Source of the DNA: an uncultured cyanobacterium
GTDB taxonomy: Bacteria > Cyanobacteriota > Cyanobacteriia > Cyanobacteriales > CAWCAG01
Direction: 5' to 3'
Length of the DNA stretch: 64,000 nt
Assembly: GCA_963803805.1 (NCBI GenBank)
Contig: CAWDOD010000010.1
Location: forward strand, 160,001 to 224,000
In this document: in pieces, positions 1-10,520 of the stretch
Layout: every line of letters starts with the position of its first letter
Position numbering within the stretch: the stretch's first letter is position 1
Made by a program: the position numbers and the translations under genes
Notes under the pieces: generated by a model
Databases searched by the model: none
What the model was told of the DNA's origin: nothing
The model's input: only the letters and a program-made list of their open reading frames with translations

Positions 1-519
1 TAAAAAACACCTCGATTTGCAGGGGAAGAATATAGAGTTAAGACATCCGATGGAATTGCTAGATTATTCAATTCGGGGCGTACAATTACATTTTTAAGAA
101 GGTTTCAGGCTCTTTATAAACTCTACCTTAATTCTTGAAGAAGGATAAAGTAGTAAAATTTCTTATGGTTTCATGTTTTTTTTATGTTGTAATATTGAGA
201 TTAGATACTACGCTTCTCTACCTGAAAATCAGCATTTCCTCAGTTTTGACTCCAAACTAGAGCAAGAGCTATCAGCAAAGTGAAGTTAACAGGCTCCATT
301 GCATAAAACAAAGTTGTTATACAGTAGGCGAAAGAACGAGAGTACTAATAAAGGGAAAAATAATAAATCTCTAACCGTCTCCTAATTAAATAGTTTGGAC
401 TCTGATAACTATTAGTCAGTTGGATTTAGTGCTATCAACCGATGGCACCTTAAATACTATGCAAATATATCCTCCTAATGGTTGCCTTTTAATTGCTAAG
501 CAACCAAGGCTGACAACCA

Positions 520-999
520 ATGACTACTATCAAAAAATTAAGCATGGATGTTAATCAAATAAACAATTCCTCTTCTCCCCCGGCGGCAAAAAAGCCTCCC
601 CTTATTTTAGTAGTAGAAGATAATCAAGATAATCTTTTACTTATTTCCTATGCTTTGATAGTTTTCAACTATACTTTTATTACCGCAGTTAATGCTCCGA
701 CTACTTTAACCCTAGCTAGGAAATATCAGCCTGATCTAATTTTGCTAGATATTGTTCTATCGGGGATCAATGAAGTTAAGTTGATTTATAATTTAAAACA
801 AAATTACCAAACTAGCCATATACCAATTATTGCTGTAACTGCTTTAGCTATGGAACAAGATAGTACTGGTTTGATGAGATCAGGCTGTGATGATTATCTA
901 CGCAAGCCTTATTTACTCAATGATTTGAAAAATAAGATATCTCAGCATCTATCTCCTGTGGAGCAGTCAGCTTACAAAAATTTCTATAAACTTTTGTAA
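520..999 (+). CDS. Single-domain response regulator (CheY/DivK-like receiver)
   Basis: Receiver motifs LVVEDN, PDLILLD, IIAVTA and YLRKP are present; there is no output domain. Confidence 0.88.
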   Translation: MTTIKKLSMDVNQINNSSSPPAAKKPPLILVVEDNQDNLLLISYALIVFNYTFITAVNAPTTLTLARKYQPDLILLDIVLSGINEVKLIYNLKQNYQTSHIPIIAVTALAMEQDSTGLMRSGCDDYLRKPYLLNDLKNKISQHLSPVEQSAYKNFYKLL

Positions 1000-1073
1000 C
1001 AAAAATCTCTGATTTGCAGAAAATTTGGATTCCTCTGTTGAAAGAAAGTATTTATAAGACCTTGGATGTTCTT

Positions 1074-1102
1074 ACCGTCCCCCTTGGTGGGGGCGGTTTT
1101 TT
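1074..1102 (+). terminator. Rho-independent terminator
   Basis: Stem ACCGTCCCC / GGGGGCGGT (9 bp, one G-U) followed by a T run, about 75 nt after the receiver gene stop. Confidence 0.85.
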
Positions 1103-1181
1103 GCTGACTTAATTCTAACAACAAATATGCCCTATTTTTTGGTTTAGCATTAGGGTGCTGATTTATAGTAACTAACTTAGC

Positions 1182-3251
1182 ATGGAACAAATCCTCAAAC
1201 TAATCCCAAACAGCCCTATTGTTGGCTTTACCATACTTCTTTTAGTCATATTGACTGTACCACCCATCTTTGAAAGGTTGCGTCTTCCTGGATTAGTGGG
1301 ATTGCTAGTAGCTGGAGTCTGCCTTGGATCTAGTGGGTTAGGTTTGCTAAATGCAGAATCAGAGATGATGAAACTGCTTTCGGATATAGGCAAAATATAT
1401 CTGATGTTTGTTGCTGGTTTAGAAATTGATTTAGAAGATTTCCGTAAAACGAAAAACCGTTCTTTGGGTTTTGGGATGGCTACCTTTTTGATCCCCCTAA
1501 TTTTTGGTACTTTCGTAGGCCAGTTATTTGGTTTAAGCTTCAATGCTTCGATTTTAGTGGGTTCCTTACTTGCTTCTCATACTCTTTTGGGTTATCCCAT
1601 TGTGAATCGTTTGGGGGTGGCAAATAATGAAGCAGTTACTGTTACTATCGGAGCAACAATTTTTACTGATATTGCTGCCCTTTTAGTTTTGGCTATTTGT
1701 ATATCTATTCATGGGGGCGATTTTTCAACAACTAGTCTAGTTATGCAGTTAGGGGCTTTAGCTATTTACTCAGTAATTGTCCTGTTTGGTTTCGATTGGG
1801 CAGGTAAGGAATATTTTCGTCGTACCGGAGAAGATGAAAGTAATCAGTTTTTGTTTGTTCTTTTAGCTGTATTTTTAGCTGCGGTGGGGGCGCAACTCAT
1901 TCAAGTAGATAAAATTGTCGGGGCTTTTTTAGCAGGTTTGGCTGTTAATGATGTGGTAGGTAGAAGCCCAGTTGAAGAAAAAGTAGAGTTTGTGGGCAGT
2001 ACTTTATTTATTCCTTTTTTCTTCGTTGGTATGGGGCTACTTCTTGATGTAGCTGGTTTAGTAGATTCTTTGACTTCTAACCTAGTGATGACTTTAGCAA
2101 TTGTTGGAGCCTTAATTAGTAGCAAATTTTTGGCTGCTTTGGTAACCAAAGTTCTCTATCACTACAGTTGGGATGAAACTTTGACCATGTGGTCTTTATC
2201 TTTACCCCAAGTGGCTGCTACCTTAGCAGCAGCCCTGGCAGCTAAAGAGGCTGGTTTAATTGAAGATTCAGTGTTTAATATTGTCATCGTTTTGATGCTA
2301 GTAACATCAATTCTCGGCCCAGTTATAACAGCCAAGTATGCTAGAAAAATATCGCCACCAAAAGCACCTCTTCAAACAGAATATGAAAGTTGGGGAACAA
2401 CTAAAACGTCTTTATCTGTTCAGCTTGAAGAAGATAGTGTTTTCACTGTCTTAGTTCCGGTGTACAATCCCCATACTGAAAGGTATTTAATTGAGATGGG
2501 GGCTTTGTTAGCCCGCCATGAGTCAGGTATTATAGTTCCTCTTTCTGTGGCTAAAGCCCGTGTCAATATGGATGAACCGGAATTAAATGCTATTTTGAAG
2601 AAAAGCAAGAAGTTGCTCCAGCGATCGCTAGAAGTAAGTAAAGAGTTTGGGGTAGAGGCTAAGCCAGCAATCCGCATTGATGAAGATACAGCACAGGGTA
2701 TTAGCCGCGCAGCTAGGGAACAAGATGCCGATCTGATTATTATGGGTTGGAGTCCTACGAGGAGTTTGCAAGCTCGCTTATTTGGTAATCTTATTGATAA
2801 CGTTTTTTGGTCTGCCCATTGTCCAGTGGCAGTGATGCGCTTGTTGGATGAACCCATAGATATCCAAAGTGTTTTAGTACCTATTAAAAACCTCACACCT
2901 CAAGCTTTGCACGTTATTAAGTTTGCTCAATTGTTTGCCGATACTAATCAGGCTAAGATTACTTTGCTACATATATGCGATCGAAAAACTCCCCAAAAGC
3001 AAGTTGATGAGTTTGAATCTGAACTATCTAAAATCCTTGTATCCAATCAATTTGAAGTGAATTTAACCGTTGAAACTCTACGCCGAGATGATGTTGCTAG
3101 TGCAATTATTAATGCAAGCCATTCTTGCGATTTGGTGATTTTACGTTCTATACGTCGTCGTACTGCAGGAGGACTTGCAGTTAGCGATATTACTACGAAG
3201 ATTATGCCTAAACTTACCTGTTCTATGATTCTGTTTGGGGAACCTAATTAG
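1182..3251 (+). CDS. Cation:proton antiporter (CPA2/NapA-like) with C-terminal USP-like domains
   Basis: About 12 hydrophobic helices with motifs LMFVAGLE, ATIFTD and GAFLAG; soluble C-terminus with USP-like ADLIIMGW...FGNLID...AHCPVAV. Confidence 0.9.
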   Translation: MEQILKLIPNSPIVGFTILLLVILTVPPIFERLRLPGLVGLLVAGVCLGSSGLGLLNAESEMMKLLSDIGKIYLMFVAGLEIDLEDFRKTKNRSLGFGMATFLIPLIFGTFVGQLFGLSFNASILVGSLLASHTLLGYPIVNRLGVANNEAVTVTIGATIFTDIAALLVLAICISIHGGDFSTTSLVMQLGALAIYSVIVLFGFDWAGKEYFRRTGEDESNQFLFVLLAVFLAAVGAQLIQVDKIVGAFLAGLAVNDVVGRSPVEEKVEFVGSTLFIPFFFVGMGLLLDVAGLVDSLTSNLVMTLAIVGALISSKFLAALVTKVLYHYSWDETLTMWSLSLPQVAATLAAALAAKEAGLIEDSVFNIVIVLMLVTSILGPVITAKYARKISPPKAPLQTEYESWGTTKTSLSVQLEEDSVFTVLVPVYNPHTERYLIEMGALLARHESGIIVPLSVAKARVNMDEPELNAILKKSKKLLQRSLEVSKEFGVEAKPAIRIDEDTAQGISRAAREQDADLIIMGWSPTRSLQARLFGNLIDNVFWSAHCPVAVMRLLDEPIDIQSVLVPIKNLTPQALHVIKFAQLFADTNQAKITLLHICDRKTPQKQVDEFESELSKILVSNQFEVNLTVETLRRDDVASAIINASHSCDLVILRSIRRRTAGGLAVSDITTKIMPKLTCSMILFGEPN

Positions 3252-3271
3252 TAAGTAATAAGTAATAAGTT
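3252..3271 (+). repeat. Heptameric short tandem repeat (TAAGTAA)n after the stop codon
   Basis: gtaagtaataagtaataagt. Confidence 0.7.
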
Positions 3272-3496
3272 GGGGTAGGGAGCAGATGGCAGTAGCTACT
3301 TTCCTTTTACCTTATAAGGGATTATGTATTTACGAATCTAATGTTATTCATTAATTTGACTAATGTGAAAAGTCTGATTAAGCAACTATAATTAAATACA
3401 TTATATAAGATATCAGAATTTTTTTAAATTTCTCCCGCCAGGGAATCTACTACAAGGAAAATTGAATAGAAAGCTCATAAAAACCGTGACTATAAA

Positions 3497-5125
3497 ATGA
3501 TAGCATTAAGAACAGCCGTTTCAGCTAATTTTTTTTCTCATAGCAAATATCTCTTTGGCAAACCAGGATTACTTGGATTACATTTTATCTCTGGAACTTT
3601 AATTATCCTGTCCTATTACTTTGCAGCTTTTGCAATTATTTATTTTACTCAAAATAAAAAAAACTTACCAAACCAAACTTCAAGTTTACTAACTGGTACA
3701 TTTATTGTTTTTGCCTCTTGTGGAACTCAACATTTAGTAGAAGTCGTAGCTATTTGGTATCCTGTTTACTGGATTTTGGAACTAGCACAAGCTATTCATG
3801 CCACAGCTACTGTGTTTGTCTTCCCTTTCCTGTTTTTCCCTTTACTACCAGATTTGTTTTTTTATGAACATAAAAAGAGTAATTGTTTAGACTGTAACCA
3901 AGAAAGCTATTTAGCTGGTTTAAGGAGTGGGGAATTAATTGTTCCAGAAATAGTAGCAAAGTTTTGTAATCAAAGTTGGGAAGTTATTCAAAACAAAAAC
4001 ACCAAGAAGCATCAACAATTATTAGATTATACTGATAGCAAATATCACTTTTTTGAGGGTATTGAATCTCCTATTTTTAGTATTCAAGATGAAACTCCAG
4101 CCCCAGTTGGCATTAGTGTTGAGATTAAACAATGCCATAGAAAGGAACAGGAATTGCAGGAAAGAGTTGAGGAACTTGCTTCAGAACTTTCTCATGCCAA
4201 TGAAAAACTACACAAATCGGAAGATGAACTGCGCCAAAAATCTAGAGAATTAGAAATTACTTTATATCAGTTAGGACGAACTCAAACTCAATTAGTACAA
4301 ACCGAAAAAATGTCTAGTTTAGGGCAGTTAGTCGCTGGAGTTGCCCATGAAATAAATAACCCAGTTAATTTCATTTACGGGAATTTAGTACCTGCTCAAG
4401 AATATACCAAGGATTTATTAAAACTTCTCAGTCTATATCAAAAATACTATCCTGAACCCCAAGTTGAAGTCCAAGAATTTGCTAGAAAAATTGAACTCAA
4501 TTTCCTGATTCAGGATTTGCCTAAAGTTTTAGATTCTATGTATATGGGAGCAGAACGTATCCGAGAAATTGCTCTTTCCTTGCGTAATTTTTCTCGCCAG
4601 GAACAAAAGGTAATGAAAAAGGTGAATATTGAAGAGGGAATTGAGAATACTTTAATGATTCTCTGTAATCGTCTCAAGGCTCAAGCTAATTTTCCTGGGG
4701 TTAAAATAGTTAAAAACTATGTAACCCAAAATCCTTTAGTTGAATGTTATCCTGGACAAATCAACCAGGTATTTATGAATCTTCTTACTAATGCTATTGA
4801 TGCCTTAGAAGAGTTATCAACTCTTAAGAATAAGTTTCCTCTTCATGACAGAAGAGGAAATTGGCAACCTACTATTACCATTGGCACGAACTACAGTTCT
4901 GAGTGGGTTATCATTACTATCGCCGATAATGGAGCAGGAATTAAAGAAGAATTACGAACTAAGTTATTCAATCCCTTTTTTACAACTAAACAAGTGGGCA
5001 AAGGAACCGGATTGGGTTTAGCAATTAGTTACCAAATTATTGCTGAAACCCATCATGGCAAACTATATTGTAATTCACACTTAGGTAAAGGAACAGAATT
5101 CGTAATTAAAATCCCTTTAGGTTAG
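3497..5125 (+). CDS. Sensor histidine kinase (NtrB-like) with a degenerate ethylene-binding-like N-terminal membrane domain
   Basis: H-box [11 protein letters not shown]-box [11 protein letters not shown]1 DNGAGI, F-box PFFTTK, G2 GTGLGL; N-terminal three helices with FASCGTQHL. Confidence 0.88.
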   Translation: MIALRTAVSANFFSHSKYLFGKPGLLGLHFISGTLIILSYYFAAFAIIYFTQNKKNLPNQTSSLLTGTFIVFASCGTQHLVEVVAIWYPVYWILELAQAIHATATVFVFPFLFFPLLPDLFFYEHKKSNCLDCNQESYLAGLRSGELIVPEIVAKFCNQSWEVIQNKNTKKHQQLLDYTDSKYHFFEGIESPIFSIQDETPAPVGISVEIKQCHRKEQELQERVEELASELSHANEKLHKSEDELRQKSRELEITLYQLGRTQTQLVQTEKMSSLGQLVAGVAHEINNPVNFIYGNLVPAQEYTKDLLKLLSLYQKYYPEPQVEVQEFARKIELNFLIQDLPKVLDSMYMGAERIREIALSLRNFSRQEQKVMKKVNIEEGIENTLMILCNRLKAQANFPGVKIVKNYVTQNPLVECYPGQINQVFMNLLTNAIDALEELSTLKNKFPLHDRRGNWQPTITIGTNYSSEWVIITIADNGAGIKEELRTKLFNPFFTTKQVGKGTGLGLAISYQIIAETHHGKLYCNSHLGKGTEFVIKIPLG

Positions 5126-5485
5126 AAGCTCCCGGTAAGCTAAGACGCATTGAAACTGGGATTTCTGACCTTAATTGAATAACTATCAATATCTTTACTG
5201 TTCTCTGTTACCTACCCTCGTAAACCCATTGAAAATCATAAATCAAGCATTAAAGAAAGATTACAGGCTGCTTTAGAAGCAAAGGAAGTTGATGAGGTAG
5301 ATAGTTTTCTTTTAAGTAGTTATCAACGTAAAACCAAAAAGAAAGATAATCTTCCTTTTTAGGGAAACAGTTTTGTAAAATAGTTGTCTAGTATAAAGTA
5401 AACTCCTACAAATGATTTAGTTAAACCCCCTACAGCATGATTTAAAACTTGTTGCTCAACTTTATAAATTAAACCAGGTTTATCT

Positions 5486-6079
5486 ATGTTCTTTCTGATA
5501 ATTGCTTTAATTGACTTACAGCCAATTGAATTGCTATCATTTCGTCTGAATTATAACCAACCTGCTTTAGCAACAGAAGCAGCGTTGATTAAAGCTATAA
5601 ATAATCAACCTTTACCATATTTACCTACAGAAGAAGAGATTTATGAAAATTTTTGTCAAGAAGTTCCTGTAGGTATAGGAATACCAGGTTTTAAACCAGG
5701 TATCAATAAAAACCAAGTATTACAAATGTTTGGCACTCCAGCCAAAATACTACCTGGTTATTGGCAAGATACTATTGCTGTAAGCTATGATTTAATTCCT
5801 GATCGGGTTAGTTTAGGTTTTCTTTTTGATAAAGAATCAAAAATTCTGCGACAAACTGAAGCTGCTTTTGCTAACTCTGTTAAATTAAAGACGGTTATAG
5901 CAACTTTGAATAGTATGTTGGGTTGTGAGATTAATGAAGAAATCAAAGAGGGTTTGAGGAAAGTTTGGCAGGATAAAAATTCTCAATATGGCTTTAATCT
6001 TAATACCTTAGAAGGAATTGTCCAATGGGAAGAACGTAATCGTCTTTATATTGGTATTTGGCAGCAAGATTTACATTAG
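5486..6079 (+). CDS. Hypothetical secreted protein resembling the C-terminal domain of cyanobacterial Ser/Thr kinases
   Basis: Hydrophobic N-terminus; GYWxxT...LGFLFD...LRQTEA...YIGIW pattern recalled from such domains. Confidence 0.6.
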   Translation: MFFLIIALIDLQPIELLSFRLNYNQPALATEAALIKAINNQPLPYLPTEEEIYENFCQEVPVGIGIPGFKPGINKNQVLQMFGTPAKILPGYWQDTIAVSYDLIPDRVSLGFLFDKESKILRQTEAAFANSVKLKTVIATLNSMLGCEINEEIKEGLRKVWQDKNSQYGFNLNTLEGIVQWEERNRLYIGIWQQDLH

Positions 6080-6176
6080 CTTAATTGAGAATACGGAATA
6101 GAGGTGATTGCAGTTAAATATCTAAATTGATATTGAGGAAAGCTAAGAATATCGAAGTTGAAGCTAAATTAACTGC

Positions 6177-8417
6177 ATGAAAATGAGCGATCGCACCTCT
6201 TTATTTAAACCAATCACTTTACTCACTTTACTTAGTTTGCTGACATGGGTAGAAAAGGCTGATTCTCAGATAATACCCGATAATACCCTGGGTTTAGAAA
6301 GGTCTGTTATTAATACTATTAACCCTTCTACTACAGTAATTCAAGGTGGTGCTGTTCGCAACATTAACTTATTTCATAGTTTTCAGGAATTTAATATTGG
6401 TGGAAATCAAACTGCTATTTTCCAGCAACTTCCTTCAATTGAGAATATTATTACCCGCATCACGGGGGGAAATCCTTCTTATATTTTTGGAACTCTTGGA
6501 GTTCAAAATAACGCTAACCTAATCTTAATTAATCCTAATGGTATTCACTTTGGTCCCGATGCTCAATTAAACTTAGGAGGTTCATTCACTGCAACCACTG
6601 CTGATGCAATTCAATTAGGAAATATTGCCTTTTATAGCGCTATCGATATTGCTAATAGTAGTTTGCTGAATGTGCAACCTGGAGCCTTATTTAACCACGC
6701 CTTGGAAAACCAGCAAAGGCAAATCGCTAGTCAAGCTAATTTAGAGGTTAATATCGGACAAAGTTTAATTCTCCAAGGAGGACAAGTTACTATTGGAGGT
6801 TCTTTAAGCGCGTCAGAGGGCAAAATTCAAATAATCAGTGATCAATCGACTCTCCTAAAAAATGCAACCATTGATGTTTCTACAGATTTGGTAGGAGCAA
6901 TTGCAGGTAATATTATTTTTCAAACGGGAGAAAACCTTACCTTAGAAAACAGCTTCCTCTATAGTGATGGGGAGAAGGGCTCTGCCGGATTAATAGAGGC
7001 AACAGTAGCTAATTCTATCACTGCCATCAATACTGAAGTTAGTTCAATCAGTTTAGGCTTTTCCCGTCGTGGCGGCGGAGGAGAAATTGCTTTTACAGCC
7101 AACTCTGGTTCCCTGAATCTGCAAAATACTATCTTCAGTGCTACAGCTTTCGATAATGGGTTTGCAGGGAACATTAACCTTAAAGCAGGTAAAGACATAA
7201 ATTTAACTAATAATAGCTCATTAGAAAGTGGTGCAGACAAAGGGCAAGCAGGATTAATAGAAGTTCAAGCAGGTAATTCAGTTTTCCTTACTAATAGTAA
7301 AGTTGCCTCAGAAAGCTTTGGTTTTACTGACTTTGCTGATGGAGGAGCAATTCATGTCACGGCTAGTAACGGTTCAATTTTACTCAACAACGGTAAATTA
7401 AGTACTGCGGCTAAAGGGGAAGGATTAGCAGGTATCATTGAACTTAAAGCAGGAAATAACATTACCCTCAGTAATCAAAGTTCCATTTCTAGCAACGCAG
7501 ACTTAGGTGCAGCAGGATTAATAGAAGGTGAAGCTGTTAATAGAATTACCCTCAGCGACAGTACCATCACCGCTAAAACCGTTAGTTTAGATAGCTTAGA
7601 CAGCAACGATAATGAGAACTTCGACTTGGTAGGGGACATTTATTTAAGCAGCAACTATCTCACCTTAAATCGAAGTTCGATCATCGCAGAAACCCAAAGC
7701 GGTATCAGTGGAGATATTACCCTTGATATCTCCCATATTCTCCTTTTGCGTAATGGTAGTAAGATCAGTGCCAGTGCTGGTATTCCTGGGCAAGTTGCCG
7801 GAGATGGGGGCAACATTAACATTATTTCTCAATTTATTGTTGCCCCTCCTGAAGAAAATAGCGACATCACTGCCAATGCTTTTGATGGGGAAGGGGGAGA
7901 AATTATTATTACAGCCACCAGCATTTTCGGCATTGAATTTCGTACAACTCAGAGTTCTTTGAGCGATATTACCGCTTTTTCTAACCTGGGGGCGCAAGCT
8001 AATGGTTTAGTAGATATTGAACTTGGAGAGGTAGATGCAACTCAAGGCTTAAATGAATTGCCAGAAAGCCCCATTGATGTAGCATCATTAATTGACAAAG
8101 ATAGCTGCAATCTTAATAAGGAAGGAAACTTTGCTGATGGTAGTACTTTTGAGATAGTAGGTAAAGGTGGTTTACCTTTATCTCAACAGGGTAGTTTGAC
8201 TCCTGTTAACCCTATGGTAGAGTGGGCAACGGTTGAAGATAATGCAACAGAAAAAGTTGATTCAGTTACAGAAATGCAACCAACATCTCCTGAGAGATTT
8301 GAACAGGCTAGAGGTTGGCAAGTTACTGAGGATGGTAGAATCTTTTTGATTGCTGATGTAGCTCAATTAACAGGGAACAGTGATGGGTTAAATCATCCTC
8401 TTTGTTCAAGTTTCTAA
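6177..8417 (+). CDS. Filamentous haemagglutinin-family (TpsA-like) exoprotein
   Basis: Signal peptide followed by QIIPDNTL; TPS motifs NLFHSFQEFNI and LINPNGI; Gly/Asn/Ser-rich beta-helix repeats; typical ENSDITANAF...GGEI C-terminal segment. Confidence 0.9.
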   Translation: MKMSDRTSLFKPITLLTLLSLLTWVEKADSQIIPDNTLGLERSVINTINPSTTVIQGGAVRNINLFHSFQEFNIGGNQTAIFQQLPSIENIITRITGGNPSYIFGTLGVQNNANLILINPNGIHFGPDAQLNLGGSFTATTADAIQLGNIAFYSAIDIANSSLLNVQPGALFNHALENQQRQIASQANLEVNIGQSLILQGGQVTIGGSLSASEGKIQIISDQSTLLKNATIDVSTDLVGAIAGNIIFQTGENLTLENSFLYSDGEKGSAGLIEATVANSITAINTEVSSISLGFSRRGGGGEIAFTANSGSLNLQNTIFSATAFDNGFAGNINLKAGKDINLTNNSSLESGADKGQAGLIEVQAGNSVFLTNSKVASESFGFTDFADGGAIHVTASNGSILLNNGKLSTAAKGEGLAGIIELKAGNNITLSNQSSISSNADLGAAGLIEGEAVNRITLSDSTITAKTVSLDSLDSNDNENFDLVGDIYLSSNYLTLNRSSIIAETQSGISGDITLDISHILLLRNGSKISASAGIPGQVAGDGGNINIISQFIVAPPEENSDITANAFDGEGGEIIITATSIFGIEFRTTQSSLSDITAFSNLGAQANGLVDIELGEVDATQGLNELPESPIDVASLIDKDSCNLNKEGNFADGSTFEIVGKGGLPLSQQGSLTPVNPMVEWATVEDNATEKVDSVTEMQPTSPERFEQARGWQVTEDGRIFLIADVAQLTGNSDGLNHPLCSSF

Positions 8418-8502
8418 TATCTCTAATGTTATTTTCATGCTATAAAAACGGTGCATTCCCAGAGGTTAAGCAAACCTGACTGAATATTTATTCTTTTTCC
8501 TT

Positions 8503-10518
8503 ATGTCTTACTGGCAACAAATTAGCGGCATTTACCAAAACAACCAGGATCTTATTAATACTCTTCTTTCTGGAACTATTCCCGTAGTTCTTCCTGGCAC
8601 TTTGGGATTAATTTGGTGGTTAAGACAGCAGAACCGCGATCGCTTACTCCCTCCCAACCGCTATCCTTTTGAGATTATCTCCCCAGGAAAAAATCTTTTA
8701 GCAAAATTGGTGGGAGGAGAAGAAAAAGATCCTTTAGCCGATGCCCGTATTCCCTACCAAAAACGCATTGCAGGGCGAGATATAAAAGAGGAGTTAGAAG
8801 CACAACTAGAAGCAGAGCGTTGGTTATTAATTATAGCAAGAACAGGGGTAGGAAAAACGCGAGAAGCTGCCGAATTAGCACAACTTTATAGTAGCAATGG
8901 TTGGACAATTTTGTATCCTAAGTTAGGGGAATGGTTAGATGTACCGACGCGGGAACAATTAGGAGAAATTGGTACTAACCGCAAGTTGCTATTTTTCCTT
9001 GATGATTTGAATCAACGGATGTATTTTGGGCAAGATGAGTTATCACCACGGGCAGAAAAATCTCCTTTAGAACCTTTGAATGTTCCTTTACAATTACGTT
9101 TATTGCGGGCATTAGAAGCATACGAAAAGTTTTGTGGTAGTGGAGAAATTCGCATCGTTGCTACCGCTAGAAATGAGAAACAACCAGACTATCCAGGGGA
9201 ACCTAGTGCTTGGGAAAAGTTACAATGGGAAAAGTATCCTCAATTATGGCAACGTTTTGCTGTTTATGAATTACCAGAACCAGAAGATGAAGCGATAATT
9301 AAGTTATTGCAAGCCACAGTCAATCAAAGTAAAATTTCTGCTCAAGCTGAAGATTATCCCCAAATAGCAAGGAGAAATGATTGTACTTTTCGCAATATTG
9401 TCGAAAATTTGCGTAACTTAAAAAGCCGCCATTTGCCCTTAACCATAGATAATTATCGAGACACTTTAAAAACCACTTGGCGTAAGCGTTACGAAGAAGT
9501 AACTAATAAGTATCCCTTGGCTATTTATGTTTACGATGCTATAGATTTATTAGAGCAATTCAATTTACCGTTACAGCATTTTATTATTGAACCAACTGCT
9601 CGATTAATCATCAAAGAAAACTCTCAACTTTGGCAACGCTACACTTTTCGCCGTACCTTAGATTATCTCATTGAATCGGAACGTATTCTTACTCCTAGGG
9701 ATGGACAAATTGAGTCAAAAGGAAACCATGTTAAAGTAAAAGAATATCTTCCTGGTTTAACAAAAGTAGTTTTAGAAGTCACTGAAAAACATCCCGAAGA
9801 GATGCTAATATATTTACTCAACTTTGGGGTCAAACTAAGTAACTTAAATCATCAACAAGAAGCCTTAATAACTTTTGAGAAAGGGACAAAAATAGCACCT
9901 CAACTCTTTATTATTTGGTACAATCAGGGCATTATTCTGCGGAAATTAGAACGCTATGAAGATGCGATCGCCTCCTATGATCAGGCTTTGGAAATTAAGC
10001 CAGAAGCTTACGAAGTTTGGAATAATCGTGGTATTGCTTTAAGGAAGCTAAGTAAGTTTGTTGAAGCAGTAGCTTCTTTTGACGAAGCTTTAAAACTCGA
10101 ACCATTACTAGATAAGGCTTGGTACAATCGCGGTATCGCCCTACGGGGGTTGGGAAAAACGGAAGCTGCCATTGCCTCCTATAACAAAGCTTTAGCCATT
10201 AAGCCTCAATTTGCAGAAGCTTGGTATAATCGCGGTATTTTATTAAAAAAATTAGGCAAATTAGAAGCTGCGATCGCTTCTTATAACCGAGTGTTAAAAC
10301 TCCAACCTAACCATGCTGCAACCTTATATAATCGCGCCTGTATTTACGTTTCACTTAATAAAATAGAACCTGCATTAAAAGATTTACAACAAGCTTTAAG
10401 CTTAAATCGTGATAAATACCAAGGGATGGTAGAAAATGATCGTAATTTTGATAAATTGGGAACAAATGAAGAATTTCAAAAGCTAGTTGGTAGTAGGGAT
10501 AAAAATAAAAATTTATAA
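8503..10518 (+). CDS. Membrane-anchored P-loop NTPase with C-terminal TPR repeats
   Basis: N-terminal hydrophobic segment; Walker A ARTGVGKT; Walker B LLFFLDD; about 6 TPRs (WYNRGIAL...AIASY..AL). Confidence 0.8.
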   Translation: MSYWQQISGIYQNNQDLINTLLSGTIPVVLPGTLGLIWWLRQQNRDRLLPPNRYPFEIISPGKNLLAKLVGGEEKDPLADARIPYQKRIAGRDIKEELEAQLEAERWLLIIARTGVGKTREAAELAQLYSSNGWTILYPKLGEWLDVPTREQLGEIGTNRKLLFFLDDLNQRMYFGQDELSPRAEKSPLEPLNVPLQLRLLRALEAYEKFCGSGEIRIVATARNEKQPDYPGEPSAWEKLQWEKYPQLWQRFAVYELPEPEDEAIIKLLQATVNQSKISAQAEDYPQIARRNDCTFRNIVENLRNLKSRHLPLTIDNYRDTLKTTWRKRYEEVTNKYPLAIYVYDAIDLLEQFNLPLQHFIIEPTARLIIKENSQLWQRYTFRRTLDYLIESERILTPRDGQIESKGNHVKVKEYLPGLTKVVLEVTEKHPEEMLIYLLNFGVKLSNLNHQQEALITFEKGTKIAPQLFIIWYNQGIILRKLERYEDAIASYDQALEIKPEAYEVWNNRGIALRKLSKFVEAVASFDEALKLEPLLDKAWYNRGIALRGLGKTEAAIASYNKALAIKPQFAEAWYNRGILLKKLGKLEAAIASYNRVLKLQPNHAATLYNRACIYVSLNKIEPALKDLQQALSLNRDKYQGMVENDRNFDKLGTNEEFQKLVGSRDKNKNL

Positions 10519-10520
10519 AT

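Noticed and set aside
1-15. Minus-strand RBS (gaggtg) suggesting a gene starting just left of the window
   Set aside because: The coding sequence lies outside the window and cannot be verified.
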